58,732 nucleotides of DNA, taken from Parvularia atlantis (lineage: Eukaryota). Positions 21,001 to 32,699 of the stretch are shown here, piece by piece. Under the pieces are notes generated by a model. The model had not been told where the DNA came from. It worked only from the letters and a program-made list of their open reading frames with translations, and made no database searches. Position 1 is the stretch's first letter; every line of letters begins with the position of its first letter. The DNA lies in assembly GCA_943704415.1 (NCBI GenBank), contig CALSCO010001648.1, positions 1 to 58,732 on the forward strand. Direction: 5' to 3'. The position numbers and the translations under genes were made by a program.

Positions 21001-23609
21001 CGCCGCTGGACGTGGCCGTGGAGCAGGTGCGGCACTGGCCGGCTGGCATTGACGCAACTGACGCGCGTGCTGGGGTCACAGCTGCGCAACCTGTTCCGGC
21101 GCAAGCTGAAGGAGCAGCTAGACGACCAGCAGCAGCCGCCGCCGCCGCCGCAGCAGCAGCAGCAGCAGCAGGAGGTTGTCGAGGTGCGCTCGTGTCTGCT
21201 GGCCGTCGACTGCTCACCCGGTTCCGCCCGTGACGGCAGAGCGCGGTCGTGCCGACGGACGACGTCTCGATCACGTCCCACCAGCCGGCCGAGTTCTCGC
21301 AGCAGCTCGCGATGCTTCACAAGCGCATGTACCAGGCGCTGGACGTGGTTAAGCTGGTTGTGGTGTGTTTGCCCACGTCTGCCCGCGGTGGTGCGGCCGA
21401 GCTGAGACTGGATCGGCGTGCGCAGAGCAACGCAGAGCACCACGCGAGCCCACCCGTGCCGGGCGAGCTGCTCAGCGGTGTGACGACAATCCCGGCCGCG
21501 TCGGGCAAGGGCGAGATCCGCCTGAACCTGTTTTCGGCGGAGGTGCGTGCGCTCTTGTGGCGCATCGTGGCGCCGAGGAGCTGACGCGGGCGCAGCTTGT
21601 CGCGTTCCAGCAGCGCGTGGACGCGCTGACGCACTGGGTCGTGAGCACGATGCTCGGCTGCGTCGATGTGCGCGACCGGGTGGACGCCGCAACGTGCGCT
21701 GCCGGTTTGCTTGCGCGCGCGCGCGGGCGCGTGTGTCGAACCGCGTCGCGCGCACAGCCGTTTCATTGAGATGGCCGAGACGTCGCGCCAGCTGTGCGAC
21801 TTTGCGACGATGTTTGCAATCATCTACGGGCTGTCGTCGACGCCCGTCAAGGCGCTCAAGCGACTGTGGGCCGTATACCCATCCAAGCCGCACCTGACAC
21901 TGCTGAATGAGATGCAAAAGTGCGCCGCGTCGCGCGCCACGCGCGCTTGTGCGTGCGCAGGGCTGACTGACCGGTGCTCGGCGTGCCCAGACTCACGATG
22001 GTGCGCGAGGGCGGCGAGCTGTCGGCGGCGTTCCAGCAGCAGCTCAAGCGCGCGATGATCATGCCGACGGTGCTGTACCTGCGCCCGCACATGGAGAAAC
22101 TGCAGGATATCTGCAACGATCCGGACTTTACGGGCGGTGCGGGCCAGCGCGGCGGACGTGTGTACACAGCGGCTGACGCGTGGCGCGACGACAGACAACA
22201 AGCTGGTCAACTTTGACAAGCGCCGCCGCGTGGCGATCGTGCTGCAGGAGATCGCTGTGCACCAGAAGAAGACGTACGACTTTGTGCGTGCCGGGCGCTG
22301 CCGGGCTGCGGTGTCTGACGATGTTTAACGTTTTCTTGCACGCGCACGCGCAGAACGAGTCGCCCGCGCTGCAGCAGTTTATCCAGCAGCAGACGTCGCC
22401 CACGGCGCCACGCGAGACGATGGAGCGCCTGCTGTCGGAGGCGATGATGGTCAACGAGGGCGACGAGACGAGCAAGTTTGCGTCGGTGCGGCGGCAGGTC
22501 CCCCACACGCTCTCGATGCCGACGACTGCTATGTGGACGACCGGCCACGGCGGGCCGTACGAGATGGTCGGGACGAGCGTGGTGTCGCCGGTGAAGGACA
22601 AGGACATGCCGGCGCACCCGCCGCCGTCCGTCCCGGCGTCTGCGTCGGCAGCGCGCAGGTGCGGCACCCGGGAGACGGGCATGCAATGTGCTGATCACAC
22701 GCGCGCCCGTCAGCGACAGCGGCACGGCGTCGCCGCTGCACCGGTCGTCGTCGCACGGCTCGGTGCGTGCGCGTGCATGCCGCCGTACGCGGCTGTCTCA
22801 CGCTCGCGCGCGCACAGGAGATCAGCAGCGTGTCGGAGGAGGCGACGCGGGACATCGGCCTGCAGATCCTGCTGTCGGACCACGACTTTCGCCAGGCACG
22901 CCGCCGCTTTACGGTAGTCCATCCAGCCTGCTGACGAGGGCGCACGCGCTCGCAGGAGGTGCGCGCGGCGGCCGTGGAGGCGATCGTCGGCGGCATCGCG
23001 CGGACGCCGTTTGTGGATGTGCGCACGAGGGGGGGCCGCTGGCGTGCGGCACGCGGCTGACGGCAGCGCGCGGCGCGCGCAGACGGTCGGGCGGGTGTCG
23101 CTCGAGGACCACGTGGCGACGCTGCGCGAGGAGGTCGCGGACGAGTCGTCGCTGCTGCTCGTGCAGTGGAGCACGCTGAGCGTGGCGGAGCTCAACGCGT
23201 TCGTGGTGCCGTTCCTGCAGGAGCGCTTCGCCGGGGCCGCGGTCGAGCTTTGGTCGGGGGCGGACCCGGACGGCGCGGTCTACGGCTGGCCCGAGGACAA
23301 CGTGACACTGTGCGTGGTGACGCACGACGAGCGGCAGCTGCTTGGTGCGCCTGCGGGGAGGGCAGCCCGCGTCATGCGCTGCTGATGCTGGGATGTGCGA
23401 AACGTGCGGTCGCAGTCGACGTGCGCCCGACGCTGTCCGAGGCAGACCTGTCGATCCTGCTGCGCAAGTCACAGCTGTACGCGGGCGCGTCGGGGCGTCG
23501 GGGCGCGACGTGCGCGGCGATGGTGCCGCCGATGGCCGTGCCCGCGCGCGTGCGCGAGGTGGCGGCGCGCCTGGGCGTGGCGCTGCTGGGCCCGGCCGAC
23601 GGCAGATGA
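17985..23609 (+). CDS. Tandem SOS-type RasGEF (REM-CDC25 x2) with C-terminal DUF3782/PD-(D/E)XK-like domain (multi-exon)
   Basis: REM1 GGTLAKLVERLTFDKYVDTNYLQQFLLTYRTF; CDC25-1 PLELAKQMTLIEQ..FNEVSNWV..LNNFNG..PPVIPYLGMYLTDMTFIDQGN..INFYKRR..YALSLKIEPR; REM2 [32 protein letters not shown]; degenerate CDC25-2 ending LVNFDKRRRVA. The frame continues through spliced exons to TGA 23607-23609. Confidence 0.88.
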
Positions 23610-23865
23610 GCGAAGAATATGAAGAATATGTAGTACGCTGGAGTTGTGCAGTTGTATGGGCTGGAAGGACACTGGCAGTTATGCGCTGCTGTCACGCTGT
23701 TGCCGTGGCTGCCGGCCACGCTGCGCCACGCGCCCAAAGCCCTCATTGCCGCGCTCTGACCGCACACACGCACGCGCGCACACACGCACGCACGCACACA
23801 CGCACCCCACTCACCCCACTCACGCACACGCGCAGACACCGGCCCGCCGTCGACGAGCGTGCGCC

Positions 23866-25235
23866 ATGGTGCGCGTGCTGCCTCCCCGCGGCGCGCCCGC
23901 GGCTGACGCCAGTGCGCGCGCGCAACCCGCAGCCGCAGAACGAGCACATCGAGGAGGCTGTGCGCCGGCACGGGCGGCGGCTGGACCACGAGGAGCGCGC
24001 GTGCGTCGGCGGCGGCGGGGCTGTTGTGGTCGTGGTCGGGGTGGACGTGGACGTGGACGTGGACGTGGACGAGGGCGAGGGCGCCCCGCGCGCGCGCTCA
24101 CGCGCCGCCACGCCGCCTCCAGCCGCAAGCGCGAGGCGCGCGAGGTGCACGAGCGGTCGTCGTACGCGCAGAAGGTGCACGGTCTCAAGGCCAAGCTGTA
24201 CCACAAGAAGCGCCACGCCGAGAAGGTCCAGATGAAGAAGACGTGCGCCGCCGCCGCGCCTCGCGCCTCTCCGGCTGAGCAGCCCGTCGCGGGGTCGTCG
24301 CGGCGCGCAGCATCAAGATGCACGAGGAACGCAACGCCAAGCAGAAGGACGACGAGGCCGTGCCCGACGGCGCCATCCCCGCGTACCTCATGGACCGCGA
24401 GGGCGAGGCCCGCGCCAAGGTGCTACTAAGCGCGCGCGCCCCCTCGCCCGTCGGCCGCTCACCGCGCCCGCGCCCCGCCCATCGCACGCGACCCGCAGGT
24501 GCTCAGCAACATGGTGAAGCAGAAGCGCAAGGAGAAGGCCGGCAAGTGGCAGGTGCCGCTGCCCCAGGTGCGCGGCGTGGCCGAGGAGGAGGTCTTCAAG
24601 GTGCTGCACTCGGGCAAGCGCAAGTGTACGCACGGCCGCGCAGCGTCACGCACGGAAACGCCACGCTCAACTCGCACGCGCGCACGCACCGCAGCCAAGT
24701 CGTGGAAGCGCATGGTCACGAAGGTCACCTACGTCGGCGAGGGCTTCACACGCAAGGCACGCGCGCCCGACGCGACCTCCCGTGCGCCGTGCTGACCGGC
24801 GCCTTTTGCTGCAACGCACAGCCGCCCAAGTTTGAGCGCTTTATCCGGCCGAGCGCCCTGCGGTTCAAGAAGGCCAACGTGACGCACCCGGAGCTCAAGA
24901 CGACGTGCGCGCCCGCCAGGGCCTGTGCCGCCCCCTTGTGGTGACGCAGATGCGCGCAGGTTCCAGCTGCCGATCATCGGCGTGAAGAAGAACCCCAACT
25001 CGCCCCTGTTCACGCAGCTGGGCGTGATCACCAAGGGCACGGTGATTGAGGTCAACGTGAGCGAGCTCGGCCTGGTTACGCAGAGCGGCAAAGTCGTGTG
25101 GGGTGCGTCGCGACCGGTCGGCGGGCGCTGCACACGCGGTGCTGACGCGCTGTGTGCGCGAGCCCAGGCAAGTACGCGCAGGTGACCAACAACCCCGAGA
25201 ACGACGGCGTGATCAACAGCGTACTCCTCGTGTGA
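23866..25235 (+). CDS. NSA2: Ribosome biogenesis protein NSA2
   Basis: [88 protein letters not shown] and [18 protein letters not shown]. Confidence 0.97.
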
Positions 25236-25272
25236 TGACTGTACTCTGCGGCAATCCATTGCACTCTCGCGG

Positions 25273-27060
25273 CTACACATCCACGGCGTGCACGCTGTGC
25301 GCGCCCGGTTGCCGCGGTACCAGCTGCACGTCGAGCTCCGTCTCGAGCGCCTGCTGTGCCTTTGCGCATCTGTCGTCAGCACAAACAGCCGCCGCGGCCG
25401 CAGCGGCACACGCGCACCTTGTCCAGCTCGTCCGCACCGCGCGCGCTCTTGATCTGGTCAATCACCAGCCAGGCCGTCGCCGCTTGCTCCTCCAGCCGCT
25501 GCATTTTGGCCGCGTGCGCCGCTTGCATCTCAATCAGGTCGCCTTCAAACTTGGCCTAGCGTCGCGCGGGGTCAGTGCGAATGAGTGCCGTGCGAGCTGC
25601 GCACCTTGTGCTCGCGCAGGGCCTGCACCGTTTCTGCCGTCGACTGCGGCGTCAGCGACGACGGCGGCAGCACGTTCTGGTCTGTGGGCGCGTTAGGTGC
25701 CTGCCACGATGCAGCGCGCACGCGGCCGCACCGCACGGCAGCGGCAGCATCAGCTCGTCCATCATCTCCTGGTTGCGCTTGAACCGCGCCAGTGCCGCCT
25801 CCACGTCCGTGTAAAGGTCCGGCCCGCTGCTCTGCTCGGCGGCGGGGGTAGACGATACTGCGGGGCGAGCGGGCGTTGCGGCAGGCGTCGGGGCGGCGGG
25901 CGGGCGACGCGGCTGCGACAGCGCGGGTGAGCGAGGCGAGCCGTCTCACATGCGCTGCGCACCGTTCCCGGTGGTTGCGTGAGCGGCACGGCGCCCAACG
26001 GCACGCCCGGCGCGGCTGGCCGGTTGCGCGGCGACTGCGACGAGGCCGGCTGCCCAGCCGCGGCGGCGGGTCGCGGGACACGCGGGGCGTACGCTGCGGG
26101 GTGGCGGCACGCGCGCGTCAGGGCGCTTCATGAGTGAGCGGTGCGCTGCGCACAGCCGGAGAGAGCCATCTTGTCGATCCAGTTTGGTGTCGCCCCGAGC
26201 ATCGCCTGCTGCGCGGCCTGCATCTCCGGCGTGGCCGGGGTCTCGATCAGCTTGAGGTCATCTGCGACAGTGGCGGCGCGCTTCAGGTGCGGCCAGAGTG
26301 CGGCGGCTCGCTGCGTCGCGCGCGCACCCTGCGTGGACGCGTAGTACTGCAGTAGCGCGAGCCGCGGCCCGCGCGCGGGTGGGTGCAGTACAAACGTGCG
26401 CTTGGACACCTGCACGGGCCCGTTGAGGCCGTTGGCGTTGATCATGAGGTCCATCTGGCGCGACGTGGCGGCGGCGATGAGATCAGCGGGCGCCGCCTCG
26501 CCGGTGCGCCAGCCGGACGCGCCATGACGAGCGGCTGCACGGGCGTCTGGGCCGTGGCGGCTGCTGCGGCGGCGGCGGCGCTCTCGGCGAGGACGAAGCG
26601 CCAGGGGCGGGCCCAGTTGTGCGCCCATGAGTAGCCGTCGGGTGGAGAGCGCTCGAGGCCGGACGGCTGGACGATGACGAAGACCGAGCCGGCTGCGGCG
26701 CGTGTAAGGGAACGGGGCGACTGGGGGGGCGCACGCACGCGGCGGCTGGTGCAGCGCGGTCCAGTCGAGCGAGGCGGTGCCGGCCGCGACGAGGGCGTGT
26801 GCGACGCGCAGGGCGGCGTGGGCGGCGTCGAGGGCGAGGGGCGTGCGCGGCGGGCCGGGCGCGAGGAGGGCGGCGAGGGCGGCGGCGCCGTGGGCGTCGG
26901 GGGCGTCGTGCGGCGCGGGCGGGTGCAGGACGAGGTACTGCTGGAAGCGCCGCGGGTCGGTGTTGACGGACCACCACGCCGTCGCCGTCCCTGCGCCGCC
27001 TTGCGGGTGGGTCGACCCGCCGCTGCTGCTGCTGCTGCTGCTGCTGATGCTCGCGGCCAT
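25273..27060 (-). CDS. Ssr4-like (DUF1750) SWI/SNF-RSC subunit
   Basis: N-domain LDWTALHQPP|AGSVFVIVQP..PPDGYSWA and C-domain DLYTDVEAALARFKRNQEMMDELMLP..EGDLIEMQAAHAAKMQRLEE resemble the W..P..G..F / DGY.W and ARY..NHE.M.E. motifs of fungal Ssr4. Recognised by eye. Confidence 0.6.
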
Positions 27061-27086
27061 GTTTGTGTGACACACACTGCGCGGCC

Positions 27087-28445
27087 ATGATGCGCCGCGT
27101 GGCGATGGCGTCGGCGGCGGCGGCGGGCTGGGCGGCCTCGCTGCGCACCGCTGCTGCGCGTCCCGCTGCTGCTGCGCGTCCCGCTGCTGCTGCTGCTGCT
27201 GCTGCTGCACAACCGAGCGTAACCACAACGCGACCGACAAAGCGACCGAGCGCAACCACCACACGACCGACAAAGCCACTGACAGCAAGCACCCCACAGC
27301 CGACAGGGTACCACCGCGCGCCCAAGCAGCACGCGCAGTGGCAGCCCAAGCGCAAGCTCGACCGCGAGCAGATGGAGCGCCTGCGCGCGATGCACGCCGA
27401 CGACCCGGCCGCCAACACCTTTGACAAGCTCGCCTCGCGCTTCGGCGTCAGCTTCGAGGCCGTGCGCCGCATCGTGCACAGCAACTACGACCCGGCCAAG
27501 CACGGCAGGAAGCGCGACGACCGCGGCAACGGCGATGGCGATGACGACGAACTCGACATGCTGGTCGGCCGGCCCGTTCGGCGTGCAGCGCCTGGCGGTC
27601 GTCGTTCAGCTGAGCGTGGTCAGCGCGACGAGCGTGGCGGTCGTGAGCGTGGTGATTATCGTCGTTCGGCTGAGCACGGCGAACGTGGGCGCTCTGCTGA
27701 GCGTGGCGAGCGTGGGCGTTTTGATGAGCGCGGGGAACGTGGTCGTTTGGCTGAGCGCGATGTACGTGGTCGTTCGGCTGAGCGCGGTGAACGTGGTCGT
27801 TCTGCTGCGCGTGGTGATCGTTTTGCTGAGCGAGGCGAGCGCGGGCGGCTTGATGAGCGCGGCGGGCGTGAGCGCTTTGATGAGCGTGACAGGCGTGCTC
27901 AGCGTGACAGGCGCAGCGAGCGCGGCCGGCCAACCGAGCGTGGGCGCTTTGATGAGCGGAGCGAGCGGGGCGAGCGGGGCGAGCGCACACGTCTCGATCA
28001 GTCGTCATCGCAGCCGCGCTTCGACCGGTCGTCATCGCAGCCGCGCTTCGACCGGTCGTCATCGCAGCCGCGCTTCAACCGGTCGTCATCGCAGCCGCGC
28101 TTCAACCGGTCGCCATCGCAACCGCGCTTCGACCGGTCGCAGCCGCGCTTCGAACGATCAGCACCGCCAGCTGAACGATCGGCACCGCCGGCAGAGCGCG
28201 TGAACAGCACCGTCACACCGACTCCAAAGCCCCCGGCTTCCGTCGTGTCTGCCGAGGACGCCGCACTCGGCGCACGCGATCGCCGCCGCGCACGCCGCGC
28301 CCACCTGCAGCAGCAGCCGCAGCGCGAGCAAGACGGAAAGACGGTGCCCTCGAGCCAGCGCTCGTTCCGGCATGCGAAAGAGATCCTGCCGGACGTGCTG
28401 CTGCCGAAGAAGGAGGAGGAGGAGGGCGCGGCACCGAGCAGCTGA
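27087..28445 (+). CDS. RRG9: Neugrin/Rrg9-family mitochondrial protein with long R/E/G-rich repetitive tail (intronless)
   Basis: Arg/Ala-rich, acid-free N-terminus resembling a presequence, and the core WQPKRKLDREQMERLRAMHADDP..LASRFGVSFEAVRRIVHSNYDP, which is the Rrg9/neugrin motif. Confidence 0.8.
   Translation: MMRRVAMASAAAAGWAASLRTAAARPAAAARPAAAAAAAAAQPSVTTTRPTKRPSATTTRPTKPLTASTPQPTGYHRAPKQHAQWQPKRKLDREQMERLRAMHADDPAANTFDKLASRFGVSFEAVRRIVHSNYDPAKHGRKRDDRGNGDGDDDELDMLVGRPVRRAAPGGRRSAERGQRDERGGRERGDYRRSAEHGERGRSAERGERGRFDERGERGRLAERDVRGRSAERGERGRSAARGDRFAERGERGRLDERGGRERFDERDRRAQRDRRSERGRPTERGRFDERSERGERGERTRLDQSSSQPRFDRSSSQPRFDRSSSQPRFNRSSSQPRFNRSPSQPRFDRSQPRFERSAPPAERSAPPAERVNSTVTPTPKPPASVVSAEDAALGARDRRRARRAHLQQQPQREQDGKTVPSSQRSFRHAKEILPDVLLPKKEEEEGAAPSS
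27996..28155 (+). repeat. Coding 27-nt tandem repeat (SSSQPRFDR/NR x5-6)
   Basis: GTCGTCATCGCAGCCGCGCTTC(G/A)ACCG repeated in tandem within the Rrg9-like ORF. Confidence 0.9.
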
Positions 28446-28533
28446 GCCGCCAAAAGGGCAAAAGCAAGAGAGAACGATTTCTGCAATGTGTGTTCGCACG
28501 CGCACACTGGCACTCGCAATACAAACGACGGTC

Positions 28534-31500
28534 TCATTTGGCTGGATGGCTCTCCTGCGTGCGCCGCTGCTCGATCTTGGCCATCGCTGTGACGCTGTGT
28601 CAGCGGCCACCGCGCGCGCGTGCTCAGCGCACCCTCGATCGACGACAGCCAGTGCTGCAGCTCGACGCGGTTCTTGGACGCGAGGAAGTGCTCGGTGGCC
28701 TGCCGCACGAGCACCGTGTGCACCTTCTTGATCGGCGCGGCCGTCTTGTCGGCGGTGGCAATCGTCGTCTCCTCCTTCTTCTTGACCTGGGCGTGCACCG
28801 TGAACGAGAAGTAGAACCTGCGCCGGCGCGTCACGTCAGCACTGCGCCGGCGCACGCTGCAGGCGCACCAGGGGTCGTCGTTCGCATCGCCGCCTGCTTT
28901 CGGCTGCGGCCTCCACGCGACACCGTCGCCCACTTGCCGCACGCCGCCGTGGCTCAGCGTCATCTCGCCCACGGGCACGCGGCCCTTGTAGCTGCCGTCC
29001 TGCGCGCGGGCTGCGATGAGATGCCGTCCAAGCGCACGGTTGAGGAACGCACGCACCCCGACCGCCGTCACGTGGTTCTTCTGCTCCAGCATCCAGATCA
29101 GGAATCCGCCTTGCAGCTCAAAGTAGAAACGCCGCGCCTGGTCGCCGGTTGTCGCACCCGCGCTCGCGCCCGCCTCGTCCGCCACGTGAAGGTACAGGTA
29201 CCCCTGCATCTTGATCGCGCGGCTCTTGACTGCGAGCGGTGCTGCTGCTGGCGTGACCGCAGCGGGTGCCGCGGGTGGCGCAGCGGGTGCGGCGGCCGGT
29301 GTGCTGCGCAAAGCCCGTGTCAGTGGGCAAACGACCAACGCTGTCAAGCGCACCTCGTGATCGCGGACGCGGCAGCAGCAGGCGTGGCGGTCGCGGCCGC
29401 TTTGGTCGGCGGCGACACGGTCGTCGCGGGCACGGCCGCTGCAGCGCGGATGGCCAGCGCGGCAGCTGCGGCGCCCGGCGCCAGGTTGCTTGTCGTCATG
29501 GGCCGCAGCGGGTTCGCGATCGACTGCCGGTTGGTGTTCGCACCCGCCGGCACCAGGCGGCTGAGGCGCGACTCTTTGGCTGGCGCAGCCAGTCCTGCCA
29601 CGGCCGTCGACGGCACTAGTGTCGCGGCTGGTGCTGCCGCGGCTGCGGTCGGTGCCAATGCCAAACTTGCGCCGGTCGCAGCAGGTGCGGTCGCGGCTGC
29701 CGGCGCGGTGCTGGCCGCCTTGACGGGCGCGGGCCGGGTCGGCGGCGACGATGCTGCGGCGCCGTTGACGGCCTGCTGCTTGTCGCTCGACGCGGCAGCG
29801 GGCACGGCCACCGCAGTCGCGCTGCTCTTGCCCGTCGTGCTGACGGCTGCCTTGGCTGGCGCGCTGATGCCTGTTGCGCCGTTCGCGGGCTTTGGGCCCT
29901 CTGACCTCTTCCACGGCTCGGGTGCGGCCGGCACGTCGTCGGACCGCTTGCTCTCAGGCGACGCCGGTGCACCGGACAAGGGTGTGCAGTCTGACCGCTT
30001 GCGCTCGGGCGACGAGACGAGAGCCGGGCCTGATGAGCCGTCGGAGTGCTTGTGACCGTCGGACGGCGGAGGAGCCGCGCCGCCTGAAGCCTTGCGCGTG
30101 TCGACCGGCCCGGCGCTCGTCGCGATCGTCCCGTCTGAGCGCTTGCGCTCCGACATGTTGGGCGGCGGGCTAAAGCTGCTCGGCGCACGCGGGCCGGCAG
30201 GCACTGCGATCAATCGCGCCGACGCCGACCGCGCGCTCGTCGACAGCGGTGGCGCGGCACTGACTGGCGCGTGCCGGCCGGGGCCCGCCGCGCTGGCCGC
30301 TAATTCGAGAGGCGCAGATGCACTGGACGTCGTGGCGGCCAGCGCGTTATGAGACGACGCTCTCGCTTCCTCCTGTGCCCCCTCGAAAGCGCCCTCCTGC
30401 GGGCGCGAGCAGCGTCAGCGCACGCGCAAGCCGGGGCGCAGCACACATGCACACCTGGATGCCCAGCAGCGCGGCGGCCTTGCGCGCAATCAGCGGCGAG
30501 CTGGACGTCACCATCCGCACCAGCGGCGGCACTCCGGGCACTTCTCCCGACGTCTTGCGCCCGGTCGGCGGAGAGGAGGGCGTGCGCGCAGCGGCTGCGG
30601 CCCTGGCCCCCCGCTCCGCCGGTGTCTGCTGCGGTGTGGTCGATGGCACAGCGGACCGTTGCTCGTCGCCGGTCGATGACTGCTGGTCGATGTCCTGCGT
30701 GACCGGGCTTGCCACCCCGTTGATCTGCGCCGACGCCCGACCGCCGTGGCCGTTCTCGGCTGCGGCGTCGGTGCTGTCTTCGTGCTGGTCGGTCGGCATC
30801 GGCGCGTCTTGCCCCGTTGTCTGCTCAGGCTCCTCCGGCTCGGGCTTGGGCTGCCGCTCCTGCTCAGCCTCCTGCTCCTGCTCAGGCTCAAGCTCAGGCT
30901 CGTGCGACGGCTCAAGCACCGGCTGCGGCTCCGGCTCCGCCTCGGGCTCGATATCGTGCACGGGCTCCAGCTTGACGACGGCACTGGCATCCGCCACGGC
31001 AGCCGGCGGCACCTGCTCGGCTCCCGCGGCGGCGTCGTCGGCCTGCTGTTGCTCCAGCGCCGCTTCAATGGACGCGAGCTTAGCGCGGCTGCTCTCGATG
31101 GCGAGCGTTCGTGCTCGCAGCTCTGCCGCGCTCTGTGAGATCGCACGTGCGGGCGCTCATCGGCATGCGTGCCTTCCTCGTCGAAGAACGACCGCTCGTA
31201 CGCCGTGTAGTCGGGCACATGGCGCTTGTTGCTGCGCATGATCGCCTGTACAGCCACTTCAGCGTCTCTGCCGCGCGGCTGCGATCGATGGGCGCACCTG
31301 CACCCACTGCCGCATCGCGTCCGCCGAGCTGCACTGCAGCGTCTCTGCACGCGTCTGGTCGCCCGTGACGACGACAAAGGCGTGCGACGTCAGCGGCTCC
31401 GACAGCAGTTCGTTCTCGGCAGGCTGCGCGAGCGTGACAAGGCGCGTCAGGGCTGGCCAAACGAGTCACCGCCAGGCGCCAGCGCACCTCGACCACACAC

Positions 31501-32632
31501 AGGTGCACGGGCAGCTTGCTCGCGGACATGTCAACGTTGCCCTGCTTTTCCTGCGACGCGCCCGCCACGCGCCACAATGAGCCCCTTCCGTCGCACCCGC
31601 ACGAGCGCTCGCGCACCGTCAGGTAGTAGTGGATGAAGCCACCCTCGAGCACGCCGTAGACCGTCTTCCACACGGCCTCGTCGTCGGCCACCGTCAGCCG
31701 CTGCAGCCAGCCCTGCATCTTGACCGTGTGCCGCATCGCGCGCTGCATCTGCCGCGCGCGCGCGCAGCACGCGTGAGCCTGCCGCGGTGCTTTGACCTTC
31801 AGCGCGCACCGTCAGCGCGCCCTTGCCGTCCTCGCCGACCACCTGGTGCAGCCCGTGACTCAACGGCAGGCTCGGCGGCGCATGCGGCGCAGCGCTCTCG
31901 CCGGCTTGCTCAGGCGCGGTCTCGGCGTCGTCCGCGTGGGTCTCCCGCGCCGTCGCCACGCCCGCGACGCTGGGCGGTGCGGGCACAGGTCCGTTCGGCG
32001 CCACCAGGGCGCTCGCGCCGAGGCCGCCGCGCATCGGGATCACGCGCGGGATGCTCCCTGGCCCCGTACGCGCACGCACACAAGCAGTCAGCCGCGCGAC
32101 GTCCACACACGCGCGCTAAGGCGAACGCACGGCGCCGCATCGTTCTCTCGCTCGCGCTTTCGCTCGGGACGTCGGCAGCGTCCGCTGCGGGCACACCGGC
32201 GCTGCTCGTACGCTGCCGGCGCGTCGACGCGAGCAGGGCCGATGTCGCGAGCGGCGACGTGAGCACGCCCGTGGACGACCCGCTGACCACGCCCACGGCC
32301 ACGCCCGAGCGCATCGTGCTGGACGACGAGCCCGCGCCGCCGCCGCCACCTGATGAGCCCAGCAGCACCGACAGCGAGCCGCTCGTGGCCGACGACGTCA
32401 GCCGAGACGAGTTGACGATCACCCGCCCGGAGCCGCCCTCGCTGCCACCGCCGCCGCCGCCGCCGCCGCTGTTTGTTATGCCAAACGAGGAAGGCGAGGC
32501 GGCACGCGATAGCGACTGCGGCGACGCGGTCGACGACGCCGGCGGCGTCAGCAGTGCGTCGCCAGCCGGTCCCGGCGCCGCCGCGGACGACGACAGGACC
32601 GGCGCCGACGACAGCCGCTTGAAGAAGGCCAG
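28534..32632 (-). CDS. Large low-complexity protein with two PH domains (start codon unresolved)
   Basis: PH1 VKMQGWLQRL..WKTVYGVLEGGFIHYY..AFVVVT..LQCSSADAMRQW|VQAI and PH2 IKMQGYLYL..RRFYFELQGGFLIW..HFLASKNRVELQHWLSSIE. TGA at 28534-28536. The first in-frame ATG is at 32314, but coding-like sequence extends to about 32632. Confidence 0.7.
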
Positions 32633-32699
32633 CGTGCGAGAGGACAGCGCGCAACAACAAAGTGGCCTATGTATATATGACACCTGATTGTTAAGGCGA

